This document shows, one piece after another, positions 56,118-64,000 of a DNA stretch of 64,000 nucleotides. This stretch comes from Bryobacteraceae bacterium. GTDB lineage: Bacteria > Acidobacteriota > Terriglobia > Bryobacterales > Bryobacteraceae. The stretch covers positions 30,947 through 94,946 of the forward strand of contig CBDFFL010000005.1 in the NCBI GenBank assembly GCA_965246775.1. The letters run 5' to 3'. How positions within the stretch are numbered: the first letter of the stretch is position 1; each line of letters starts with the position of its first letter. A model generated the notes under the pieces. It was not told the DNA's origin. It was given only the letters and a program-made list of their open reading frames with translations, and did no database searches. The translations under genes and the position numbers were made by a program.

Positions 56118-56947
56118 TCAAGCTCCGCGTCCCCGCCTCTAGCGCCAACCTCGGCCCCGGCTTCGACACCCTCGCCCTCGCGCTCGATCTTCACCTCGAA
56201 TGCCAGGCTGAACCCGCGAGCGAATGGCTCATCACCGTCAAAGGCCGCGATTCCGAAAGCATCCCCACCGATGAGACCAATCTCATCCGCCAGACCATCG
56301 CCCGCTACACCCCGCAAGCCTTCCACCTGCAAATCACTAACGGCATCCCCGTCGGCAAGGGCCTCGGTTCCAGCGCCGCCGCCCTCACCGCTGCCCTGCG
56401 CATCGCCGTCCCCGAATTGACCGACCGCGAACTCCTCAACGAGTGCGCCAAAATCGAAGGCCATCCCGATAACGCAGCCGCCGCCGTAATGGGCGGATTA
56501 GTCGCCGCCATGATGGACGAGAGCGGAGTCACAACCGCTGTCAATATTCCCATTCCCCCGCAACTCGCTCTCTCCCTAGTAGTTCCCAATTACCCCCTTT
56601 CCACCGCCGAAGCCCGTGCCGCCCTTCCCGCCTGCTACACTCGGGCCGACGTGGTTTTCAACTTGCAGCGCACCGCCGTGCTCGTCGCCGCGCTCGCCGC
56701 CGGCAACCTCGAAGCCATCGGCCGCGCTCTTGACGACCGCCTGCACCAGCCCTATCGAGCCGCGCTCATCCCCGGTCTCGCCGAATCGCTCGCCCAAAAA
56801 TCCCCCGGCATGCTCGGCTGCGTCCTCAGCGGCGCCGGCCCCTCGGTCCTCATCTTCCACACCCGCGGCCAGGCCCAATGCTGCGAACAAATCGCGAACC
56901 TCTTCCCGCAATCCGAAATCATCCCCGCATGCGCGCCCAACAACTAA
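56114..56947 (+). CDS. thrB: homoserine kinase
   Basis: VPASSANLGPGFDTLALAL and the GHMP-kinase motif GIPVGKGLGSSAAALTA, plus EGHPDNAAAAVMGG. The start overlaps the upstream stop (ATGA). Confidence 0.85.
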   Translation: MIKLRVPASSANLGPGFDTLALALDLHLECQAEPASEWLITVKGRDSESIPTDETNLIRQTIARYTPQAFHLQITNGIPVGKGLGSSAAALTAALRIAVPELTDRELLNECAKIEGHPDNAAAAVMGGLVAAMMDESGVTTAVNIPIPPQLALSLVVPNYPLSTAEARAALPACYTRADVVFNLQRTAVLVAALAAGNLEAIGRALDDRLHQPYRAALIPGLAESLAQKSPGMLGCVLSGAGPSVLIFHTRGQAQCCEQIANLFPQSEIIPACAPNN

Positions 56948-57822
56948 TCCAAAAGCTCGGCCTCCCCGCCACCGACGAAGCCATCACCAGCACTCAGCGC
57001 TTCCCCGATGGCGGCCAGTACCGCATCGAAATCCCCTCCACCGAAGGGCCCAAAGTCCTCCGTGCCGTGCTCGATGAAGCCCAAGCCCGCCAAGTTCCCG
57101 TCCACCGCGTCAGCCAGGGCTCCGGCATCATGCTCATGGCCAACTCGGAAATCTTCGAAATGCTCGAAATGGGCCGCGAAGCCAAAGTCGAAGTCAACCT
57201 CTTCATCGGCCCCCGCGCCACTTTCGATACCGGCGCGCAAGTCTTCTCCCCTGCCGGCAAAGCGCTCGGCCTCGCCGCCCGTGGTGCCACCCAACTCGCC
57301 TTCGCCCTCGAAGACCTGCTCCATGCAATCGACCTCGGTCTTCGCAGCGTCCTCGTCAGCGATCTCGGCGTTCTTCAAATCATCGGCCAACTCAAAAAGT
57401 CCGGAGACCTTCCCGCCGACCTCATTGTCAAGACCTCCGTCATGATGGCCCCCTGCAACCCCGCCAGCGCGCGCCTCATGGAAGATTTGGGCGCCACCAC
57501 CCTCAACATCCCCAGCGACCTTTCCATCCCTCAAATCGCCGCCATCCGCCAGGCCGTCCACATGCCGATCGATTTCTACGTCGAAGCGCCTGACAACATC
57601 GGCGGCTTCCTCCGCTACTACGAAATCCCCGAGCTCATCCGCGTCGCAGCGCCCCTCTACCTCAAGTACGGCCTCCGCAACAGCCCCGACGTTTACCCCA
57701 GCGGCACGCATCTAGAAAACACAGTCATCGCCCTTTCCCGTGAGCGCGTCCGCCGCGCCCAGCTTGGCCAGGAATTCATAGAGCGATATTGTCCCGATGC
57801 CGTCATGTCTCCCCGCGTTTGA
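56929..57822 (+). CDS. conserved hypothetical protein (family not recognised by eye)
   Basis: 298 aa from ATG 56929. It has protein-like composition and alternating helix/strand character, with no motif I can name. It overlaps thrB by 19 nt and the next gene by 26 nt. Confidence 0.55.
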   Translation: MRAQQLIQKLGLPATDEAITSTQRFPDGGQYRIEIPSTEGPKVLRAVLDEAQARQVPVHRVSQGSGIMLMANSEIFEMLEMGREAKVEVNLFIGPRATFDTGAQVFSPAGKALGLAARGATQLAFALEDLLHAIDLGLRSVLVSDLGVLQIIGQLKKSGDLPADLIVKTSVMMAPCNPASARLMEDLGATTLNIPSDLSIPQIAAIRQAVHMPIDFYVEAPDNIGGFLRYYEIPELIRVAAPLYLKYGLRNSPDVYPSGTHLENTVIALSRERVRRAQLGQEFIERYCPDAVMSPRV

Positions 57823-58546
57823 TCACGTCATCGTCGTAGATTGGAGCGCCAACTCCACACCCAAAACAGGTCCCGACAGCATCTGGTACTGTCACGACGG
57901 CCAAACTCATAACCCACCCACGCGCCACCAGGCCATGCGCGAAATCACCGCCCTGGCGCAGTCTCTTTCGGGCCGGGTCTTGCTCGGCTTCGATTTTCCC
58001 CTCGGCTTCGCCCATTACCGTATCCCGTGGCCTCTGCTCACGGAACTCATCGAAGACGCCGAAGACAACGCGAACAACCGCTTCGCAGTAGCCGCCGAAC
58101 TCAACCGCAGCCTCACCAACGGCCCGGCGCCCTTCTGGGGCTGCCCTCCAAAGCACGCAGGCCCGTACCTCACCGCCACCAAGCCGGCCCAAGCACTCCC
58201 CCAACGCCTCACCGAACAGCGCGGAGCCAAGCCACCCTGGAAGCTCGCCTACCCCGGCACCTGCGGCAGCCAATCCCTCACCGGCATCCCGCACCTGCAA
58301 CGCCTGCGCAGCGCGCTCGATGACTGCTCCGTATGGCCCTTCGAACCGCTCACAACGCGCTACGTCATAGCTGAAATCTACCCCTCGCTATGCGGCGCGC
58401 CCCCGCCCACCGGAATCAAAGACGAGTGGCAAGTCCGAACCTTGCAAGCGCAACTCAGCCGTCCCGCCACGCTCCACCGCTACCTCTCCGTCGCGCTCCC
58501 GCCTAGCGCTCACGCTGAAGGCTGGATCTTAGGAATCGAACCCTAA
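57797..58546 (+). CDS. hypothetical protein (N-terminal VVDWSA...GPDSIW motif; family uncertain)
   Basis: 249 aa with coding-like composition, co-directional with and overlapping the upstream gene. Confidence 0.5.
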   Translation: MPSCLPAFDHVIVVDWSANSTPKTGPDSIWYCHDGQTHNPPTRHQAMREITALAQSLSGRVLLGFDFPLGFAHYRIPWPLLTELIEDAEDNANNRFAVAAELNRSLTNGPAPFWGCPPKHAGPYLTATKPAQALPQRLTEQRGAKPPWKLAYPGTCGSQSLTGIPHLQRLRSALDDCSVWPFEPLTTRYVIAEIYPSLCGAPPPTGIKDEWQVRTLQAQLSRPATLHRYLSVALPPSAHAEGWILGIEP

Positions 58547-60117
58547 TGCTTCCACTCGCTCACCAGCCCCTGCGCCGCAAGCTTGCGCTGCAGCTCCGCC
58601 ACGTTCACATCCTGCACACCCATGTCTCCCCGAGAAGCCATCGCAGCCGCCACACCAGCGGCATGCCCCAAAATCATGTACTGCGGCTCCATCCGCAAAC
58701 TCGAGTAAGCGACGTGGCTCGCGGAGAAGCACACCGGCACCAACAGGTTCGTCGCATCTTCGCGCTTCGGCAGCATCACACGAAACGGAATCTGGTAAGG
58801 CGTCACCGCCACCTGCATATCGCCCTCGTTCTCCACCGCGCCATCCGCCGTCGCCAGGCGCTGTATATTGTGCGAGTCGCTGTTGTAACTCCCCATGCCA
58901 ATCGCGTCGGGCTTGCTCAACTCCGTCTGCAGATCCTTCTGCACCATCACATACTCGCCCACCATGCGCCTCGCCTCGCGCACATACAGCTGGTTCGGCC
59001 AGTGGTCCGTATCCTGAAACTCGTCCTTCGCCAGACCCCAGCCATTCACCTCGTTCCGCAACTCCTCCGGCACGCGCGCATCGTGCGCCAGAAACCAGAA
59101 GAAGCCTTTCGTGTAGTCTTCATGCTCCTTCCAAATGCGGGCGCGCGTGGCATAGCTGCCTTCCGGATACTCCCAATCCTTCCCGATGTAATCGGTCGAA
59201 AACGCGCCATTGTTGTTCGTGTCCGTCTTATGATTCGGAATCGCAAGCGGATTGCACAGATCCCCGAACCGCGGCCACTTGCCGGTCTTCTCTTTCGTCG
59301 CCTGAATCAATCGCGCCACCAACTCATAACGCTTGGCGTCATATCCCGCGGGCTTCGGAAACGCCACTTGATTCGCCGGGTCGTCCGTCAGAATCAGCCG
59401 AAAGTTGTAAGCCTGCACCTTCCGGTCCGCCGCTCCCACTTCGCCTTTCGTCGACGCCGCCGAAACCTCCGGCAACAGCTTGCCGTCACCGTCGAAAGGC
59501 GAAACACGAACCAGAAACTGATGCTTGGGAGTCCGATCCCTCACCCCCGCCAGCGATTCTCCATACTCCGCAATCCCTTCGCGACCCCACGTGTACCGCA
59601 CCTTCGCCTGCGCCATCAGGTCGCCCTCATAAGAGCAGTCCGCAAACACGCGGCCCTCATAAACCGACCCATCCTCCATCGTCACCGCCGCAACCCGCGC
59701 CCCGCTCTTCCGCACGCCGCCGCGCTCCGCCAAACGTTGCCGCTTCACCACTGTCACCTTCGCCTCCCGCAGCATTTCCTCCAGCACCTGCTCCCCCACA
59801 TGCGGCTCGAAATACCAGGCCACCTCCTGCCCATAGCGCCCCACATCGTAACGCTTCCCCAAGCGCCGGTAAAACTCCAGCGCCATCCCGCCAATCACTT
59901 CCCGCTTCCCCACATCGGTGCGCGAAAGCCCACCGGTAGTCATGCCGCCCAAGTGCGTGCCGGGTTCGAGCAGCACCACCCGCAACCCCTCCCGCGCGCC
60001 ACTCACCGCGGTCACCACACCCCCGGCCGTTCCGCCATACACCACCAGATCGAACCGCTGTGTAGCAGCGTGCAAGCCACCGGTCACAAGCATGAATACT
60101 AGAGCGAAGAAGCGCAT
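58543..60117 (-). CDS. secreted FAD-dependent oxidoreductase (FAD_oxidored / 'xanthan lyase-like' family)
   Basis: Signal peptide, then FDLVVYGGTAGGVVTAVSGAREGLRVVLLEPGTHLGGMTTGGL, a dinucleotide-binding GxGxxG-type motif. Confidence 0.75.
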   Translation of the reverse strand: MRFFALVFMLVTGGLHAATQRFDLVVYGGTAGGVVTAVSGAREGLRVVLLEPGTHLGGMTTGGLSRTDVGKREVIGGMALEFYRRLGKRYDVGRYGQEVAWYFEPHVGEQVLEEMLREAKVTVVKRQRLAERGGVRKSGARVAAVTMEDGSVYEGRVFADCSYEGDLMAQAKVRYTWGREGIAEYGESLAGVRDRTPKHQFLVRVSPFDGDGKLLPEVSAASTKGEVGAADRKVQAYNFRLILTDDPANQVAFPKPAGYDAKRYELVARLIQATKEKTGKWPRFGDLCNPLAIPNHKTDTNNNGAFSTDYIGKDWEYPEGSYATRARIWKEHEDYTKGFFWFLAHDARVPEELRNEVNGWGLAKDEFQDTDHWPNQLYVREARRMVGEYVMVQKDLQTELSKPDAIGMGSYNSDSHNIQRLATADGAVENEGDMQVAVTPYQIPFRVMLPKREDATNLLVPVCFSASHVAYSSLRMEPQYMILGHAAGVAAAMASRGDMGVQDVNVAELQRKLAAQGLVSEWKH

Positions 60118-60157
60118 TCACACAGTGTCTAACGAAGCGGTGCAGTACAGTAAAATC

Positions 60158-61927
60158 GTGAAGCTCACGCTTACCTTACTGCTCTGCGTTTCCGCTTATC
60201 CAGCCACCATCGAACAAGCCAAAAAGTTTGTCGAAGATACCGAACGCCAAGACCTCGTCCTTTCCACCGAGGCCCAGCGCGCCGATTGGGTGAAGAGCAA
60301 CTTCATCACCGACGATACCGAAGCCCTCGCCGCCAAAGCCGATGAGCGCGTCATCAACGCCGGTGTCGCCTGGGCCAAGGAAGCCGCGAAGTACAAAGGC
60401 ACTCCGCTCCCCGAAGATATCGAGCGCAAGATGCTGCTGCTCCGTAACGGCCTCACCATCGCCACGCCCGCCAATCCCAAAGAAAGCGAAGAGCTCACCC
60501 GCATCGTCGCGTCCATGGAAGGCACTTACGGCAAAGGCAAGTATTGCCCTCAACCCGATAAATGCCTCGATCTGGGCGACCTCGAAAAGATCCTCGCCGA
60601 GAGCCGCGATCCCAAGCAACTGCTCGACGCCTGGACCGGCTGGCACGCCATCGCAAAGCCCATTCGCGCTCCCTTCACGCAATATGTCTCGCTCGCCAAC
60701 AAAGGCGCGCGCGAGCTTGGCTTCAAAGACACGGGTGCCATGTGGCGGGAAAAATATGACATGACGCCCGATCAGTTCGCCTCTGAACTGGACCGGCTCT
60801 GGCTTCAAGTGAAGCCGCTATACTTATCGCTCCACACCTACACCCGCAAGAAGCTGCGTGAAAAATACGGCGCCGCTGTCGTACCTGCCGATGGTCCCAT
60901 CCCCGCGCATTTGCTCGGCAACATGTGGGCGCAAACCTGGGACAACATCTACCCATTGCTTGAACCGAAAGACGCCTCGCCCGGCTATGACCTGAGCGAA
61001 ATTCTAAAGAAGCGCAACACCGATGCCAAGCAGATGGCGCGCTATGGCGAAAGCTTCTTCACCTCGCTCGGCTTCGCACCGCTGCCGCCAACCTTTTGGG
61101 AGCGTTCTCTCTTCACCAAGCCGCGCGATCGCGATGTGGTCTGCCACGCCAGCGCCTGGGACATCGATTTCGAAAACGACTTGCGCATCAAAATGTGCAT
61201 CGAACCCACCGCCGAAGATTTCCTCACCGTCCATCACGAACTCGGTCACAACTTCTATCAGCGCGCCTACAACACGCAGCCATTCCTCTTCCGCGATAGC
61301 GCCAATGACGGCTTCCACGAAGCCATCGGCGATACCATCGCTCTCTCCGTCACACCCGAATATCTGGTGAAGATTGGCCTGCTCGATAAGGCTCCCGACG
61401 CCTCGCGCGACATCGGCCTGCTGCTTCGGAAGGCGCTCGAAAAAGTCGCGTTCCTACCCTTCGGCTTGATGATCGATAAGTATCGCTGGCAAGTCTTCAG
61501 CGGACAGATCCAACCCGAACATTACAACGAAGCCTGGTGGAAGCTGCGCCGCGAGTATCAAGGCATAGCGCCGCCCACCGCCCGCACGGAAGCCGATTTC
61601 GACGCCGCCGCCAAATATCACGTAGCCGCCAACGTGCCCTACGCGCGCTACTTCTTAGCCGACATCCTCCAGTTCCAATTCCACCGCTCGCTCTCCGAAG
61701 TAGCGGGCTGCAAAGAGCCGCTCAACCGCTGCTCCATCTATGGCAACGCCGAAGCCGGCAAGCGCCTGAACACCATGTTGGCGATGGGCGCCAGCCGTCC
61801 GTGGCAAGTCGCGCTACAGTCCCTCACCGGCACTAAGCAGATGGACGCCACCGCGATAGTCGATTACTTCGCCCCACTACAAAAGTGGCTCGACGAACAG
61901 AACAAAGGAGAGAAGGTGGGGTGGTAA
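60158..61927 (+). CDS. peptidase family M2 (angiotensin-converting-enzyme-like peptidyl-dipeptidase), secreted
   Basis: GTG 60158 gives the signal KLTLTLLLCVSAYPA. The zinc motif is HHELGHNFY followed by EAIGDTIALS (HExxH...E), and the length and other blocks are ACE-like. Confidence 0.8.
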   Translation: MKLTLTLLLCVSAYPATIEQAKKFVEDTERQDLVLSTEAQRADWVKSNFITDDTEALAAKADERVINAGVAWAKEAAKYKGTPLPEDIERKMLLLRNGLTIATPANPKESEELTRIVASMEGTYGKGKYCPQPDKCLDLGDLEKILAESRDPKQLLDAWTGWHAIAKPIRAPFTQYVSLANKGARELGFKDTGAMWREKYDMTPDQFASELDRLWLQVKPLYLSLHTYTRKKLREKYGAAVVPADGPIPAHLLGNMWAQTWDNIYPLLEPKDASPGYDLSEILKKRNTDAKQMARYGESFFTSLGFAPLPPTFWERSLFTKPRDRDVVCHASAWDIDFENDLRIKMCIEPTAEDFLTVHHELGHNFYQRAYNTQPFLFRDSANDGFHEAIGDTIALSVTPEYLVKIGLLDKAPDASRDIGLLLRKALEKVAFLPFGLMIDKYRWQVFSGQIQPEHYNEAWWKLRREYQGIAPPTARTEADFDAAAKYHVAANVPYARYFLADILQFQFHRSLSEVAGCKEPLNRCSIYGNAEAGKRLNTMLAMGASRPWQVALQSLTGTKQMDATAIVDYFAPLQKWLDEQNKGEKVGW

Positions 61928-62587
61928 TCAGACCCCGCGTTTGTCGCCCCAAAGGTCAACATGCAACCTCGGGCTATACCGGTATCCTTCGCGCTTGCAA
62001 ATCTCCGCAAGCCAAAGGGAGCGCTCCCGCAACACTTCGGGGCGCGTGCCTTCGGGCATCAGAATCACTGCGCTTTTATCCGCGGCATAGGTCTTGATCT
62101 CTTCCAGATCCTCCGGCGCCGCGACCACGAATTTTAGCTGATGCGGATACTGGCGCATCAGGCGGCCAAGCACCTCCGGCTGAACGCGAAGCCGTTCATG
62201 CTGGTTCCGGAAAGGTCCTTCCGGCGTTGAGTTCGCTAGCTTCGGGCTGATGCTCATCAGGTCGCAAGCCACATCGGCGTAGACCGTACCGGCTGTTTCC
62301 ACTGTGATGTGGAACCCGGCCTCGCGCAGCTTGCGCGTGAGCTCCGCAATACCCGGCGCGATCATCGGTTCGCCGCCGGTCACAACAGCGTGTGAGGCTT
62401 GGTAGCCGCGCGCTTGATCGACAATCGAGTCGATCGTCATCTCCTCGCCCTCCGGGTGCCAGGACGTATACGGCGTATCGCACCAGCGGCAACGCAGGTT
62501 GCAACCGCTGGTGCGGATAAATACGGAAGGAACGCCCAGCAGCGAACCTTCACCCTGCAGCGAATAGAAGATCTCGGCGATCTTCAC
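61928..62587 (-). CDS. queE: 7-carboxy-7-deazaguanine synthase (radical SAM)
   Basis: [43 protein letters not shown] carries the CxxxCxxC-type QueE cluster. GTG 62587 overlaps the queC stop (GTGA). The longer ORF to 62656 would overlap queC by 73 nt. Confidence 0.85.
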   Translation of the reverse strand: MKIAEIFYSLQGEGSLLGVPSVFIRTSGCNLRCRWCDTPYTSWHPEGEEMTIDSIVDQARGYQASHAVVTGGEPMIAPGIAELTRKLREAGFHITVETAGTVYADVACDLMSISPKLANSTPEGPFRNQHERLRVQPEVLGRLMRQYPHQLKFVVAAPEDLEEIKTYAADKSAVILMPEGTRPEVLRERSLWLAEICKREGYRYSPRLHVDLWGDKRGV

Positions 62588-63267
62588 AACGGCCGCGCCG
62601 GATCGGGCATGCCCGCTTCCGCAAAGCCCTTCGCGCGCAGCAGGCAGGAATCGCATTGGCCGCAGGGCCCGCCGGAAGCATCCGGGTCATAGCAACTATG
62701 GGTCAAGCCGAAGTCAAGCCCCAGTTCGCTGCCCAACTTCACGATGCCGGCCTTGGTCAGCCGCATGAGCGGTGCGTGGATAGTAAGCCGCGCATCGCCT
62801 TCCACTCCCGCGCGCGTGGCCAGATTCGCCATGCGTTCGAAGGCCTCGATAAACTCCGGCCGGCAGTCCGGATAGCCGGAGTAATCGAGCGCATTCACGC
62901 CGATGAAAATGTCGGTCGAACCAAGCACCTCCGCCCACGCCAGTGCGAGCGAAAGGAACACCGTGTTGCGCGCCGGCACATAGGTAACCGGAATGGAGCC
63001 GGTCATCTCCGCTTCAGTCCGGTCCTTGGGAACGGCGATATCGTCTGTCAGTGCAGAGTGGCCGAAGGTGCGCAGATCGATCGCAACAGTCTTGTGCGCC
63101 GCTGCGCCGAGTGCCTGGGCTACACGCGCCGCAGCGACAAGCTCCACGCGATGCCGCTGGCCATAATCGAAAGAGAGCGCATAGGTCTCGAAGCCTTCGC
63201 GCAGAGCCACTGCCAGACAAGTCGCGGAGTCGAGCCCGCCGCTCAACAGACAAACGGCGCGCTTCAT
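62584..63267 (-). CDS. queC: 7-cyano-7-deazaguanine synthase
   Basis: [21 protein letters not shown] is the PP-loop SGGxDS motif, and the C-terminal Zn cluster reads CYDPD...CGQCDSC. ATG at 63267. Confidence 0.9.
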   Translation of the reverse strand: MKRAVCLLSGGLDSATCLAVALREGFETYALSFDYGQRHRVELVAAARVAQALGAAAHKTVAIDLRTFGHSALTDDIAVPKDRTEAEMTGSIPVTYVPARNTVFLSLALAWAEVLGSTDIFIGVNALDYSGYPDCRPEFIEAFERMANLATRAGVEGDARLTIHAPLMRLTKAGIVKLGSELGLDFGLTHSCYDPDASGGPCGQCDSCLLRAKGFAEAGMPDPARPL

Positions 63268-64000
63268 GCGCGCTTCGGAAGCATGGCCGCCAGCGCGATC
63301 CCCATCACCGGGAATGCCAGCAGAAACGTGAAGGCGGTCTGCATGGAATAGTGGTCCGAAACCCACCCTGTCAGTGGGATGAAGATCATACCGGCCATGC
63401 CCCAGCCGAAGCCCATCATCAGGGCGGAGACGGTGCCCATCTGGGTGGGCGCCAAATTTTGCGCCATCACCACGTTTACCGGAATGGTGAACAGCAGCAT
63501 CAGGCCGCCCAGGAACAGGCCGATGGCGGACGTGAGGCCAGTCGTAAACAGGAACAGCGCCAGCAGCGGCGCGGACCCGATCATGGACGCCATGATCACG
63601 CGTTTGCCGCCGAACCGGTCAGCCAGGTTGCCGCCCGCGACGCCGCCGAACGCGCCGCCGACCAGGTAGAGCGAAAGGGTCCAACTAGCCGCCCGCAGCG
63701 AATAACCGCGCTGCGTTTGTAGATACAAGGGGAGGAATTGAGTGAACGTAATTTGGACGACGGAACGAAGGAACACCAGCATGTACAACAGCAGCATGGG
63801 CCTCCATACGGCACGTAGTGGAGCCCAATCGAAGCCGGGCCGAACACCGTCTGCTTCCAGCTTGCGCTCCGGCTTTAAGAGCGGGAGCAGCAGCAGCGTG
63901 ACCGCGACACCAGGTACGGCCACCGCAGCCGCGCCATGCAAGCCATACCGGCCGGTGAAGAATGAAAACACGGTAGGCCCCATCGCCAGGCCGAGCGTGC
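63264..64000 (-). CDS. MFS transporter (C-terminal half; 5' end beyond the right window edge)
   Basis: There are multiple TM helices, and [10 protein letters not shown] is the MFS loop 8-9 signature. The stop overlaps the queC start (ATGA). Confidence 0.75.
   Translation of the reverse strand, partial: TLGLAMGPTVFSFFTGRYGLHGAAAVAVPGVAVTLLLLPLLKPERKLEADGVRPGFDWAPLRAVWRPMLLLYMLVFLRSVVQITFTQFLPLYLQTQRGYSLRAASWTLSLYLVGGAFGGVAGGNLADRFGGKRVIMASMIGSAPLLALFLFTTGLTSAIGLFLGGLMLLFTIPVNVVMAQNLAPTQMGTVSALMMGFGWGMAGMIFIPLTGWVSDHYSMQTAFTFLLAFPVMGIALAAMLPKRA

Noticed and set aside
58546-60102. 518-aa plus-strand ORF opposite the FAD oxidoreductase gene
   Set aside because: The translation is Arg/His/Pro/Leu-rich nonsense (…RRHRHLHIALVLHRAIRRRQ…), while the minus-strand product has a clear signal peptide and FAD-binding motif. 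It is a shadow ORF.

Overview
This is a GC-rich (about 60%) chromosomal segment. Its gene content looks like an Acidobacteria (Terriglobia)-type genome: a PEP-CTERM protein, Uma2 nucleases, CHASE3/HisKA_2 kinases and many secreted hydrolases. I cannot verify the taxon without a search.

Most of the window is housekeeping:
- coaD (partial) and sdhCAB (single cytochrome b, Bacillus-like type).
- mfd, which is disrupted.
- A tightly coupled surA-like / YhaM-like / waaF / waaC envelope operon.
- tRNA-Ser(GCT) and tRNA-Arg(CCG).
- A cytochrome c' / CusF-like / RND efflux block.
- rplM-rpsI and rpsB-tsf-pyrH-frr.
- thrB.
- An MFS-queC-queE block.

Accessory content:
- A vapBC toxin-antitoxin pair.
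- An ECF sigma module.
- A PEP-CTERM / polysaccharide locus with a 1393-aa multi-domain glycosyltransferase.
- Two paralogous esterases, one fused to an SMP-30-like domain.
- A two-kinase signalling operon ending in a DHH phosphoesterase.
- Two convergent Uma2 nuclease genes.
- An ACE-like M2 peptidase.

The most interesting observations:
1. A secreted peroxiredoxin has an in-frame TGA exactly at the peroxidatic Cys position, followed by a SECIS-like hairpin. It is a candidate selenoprotein that the ORF track splits in two.
2. mfd is interrupted by four frame changes packed into about 400 bp.
3. A catalytically degenerate RfaE-domain-II-like protein is wedged between the two heptosyltransferase genes.
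4. An orphan intrinsic terminator has no gene to terminate, so it may end a small RNA.
5. There are several decayed gene relics.

I saw no rRNA, CRISPR array, transposase or integrase. All functional calls rest on motif and family recognition by eye; no database search was run.
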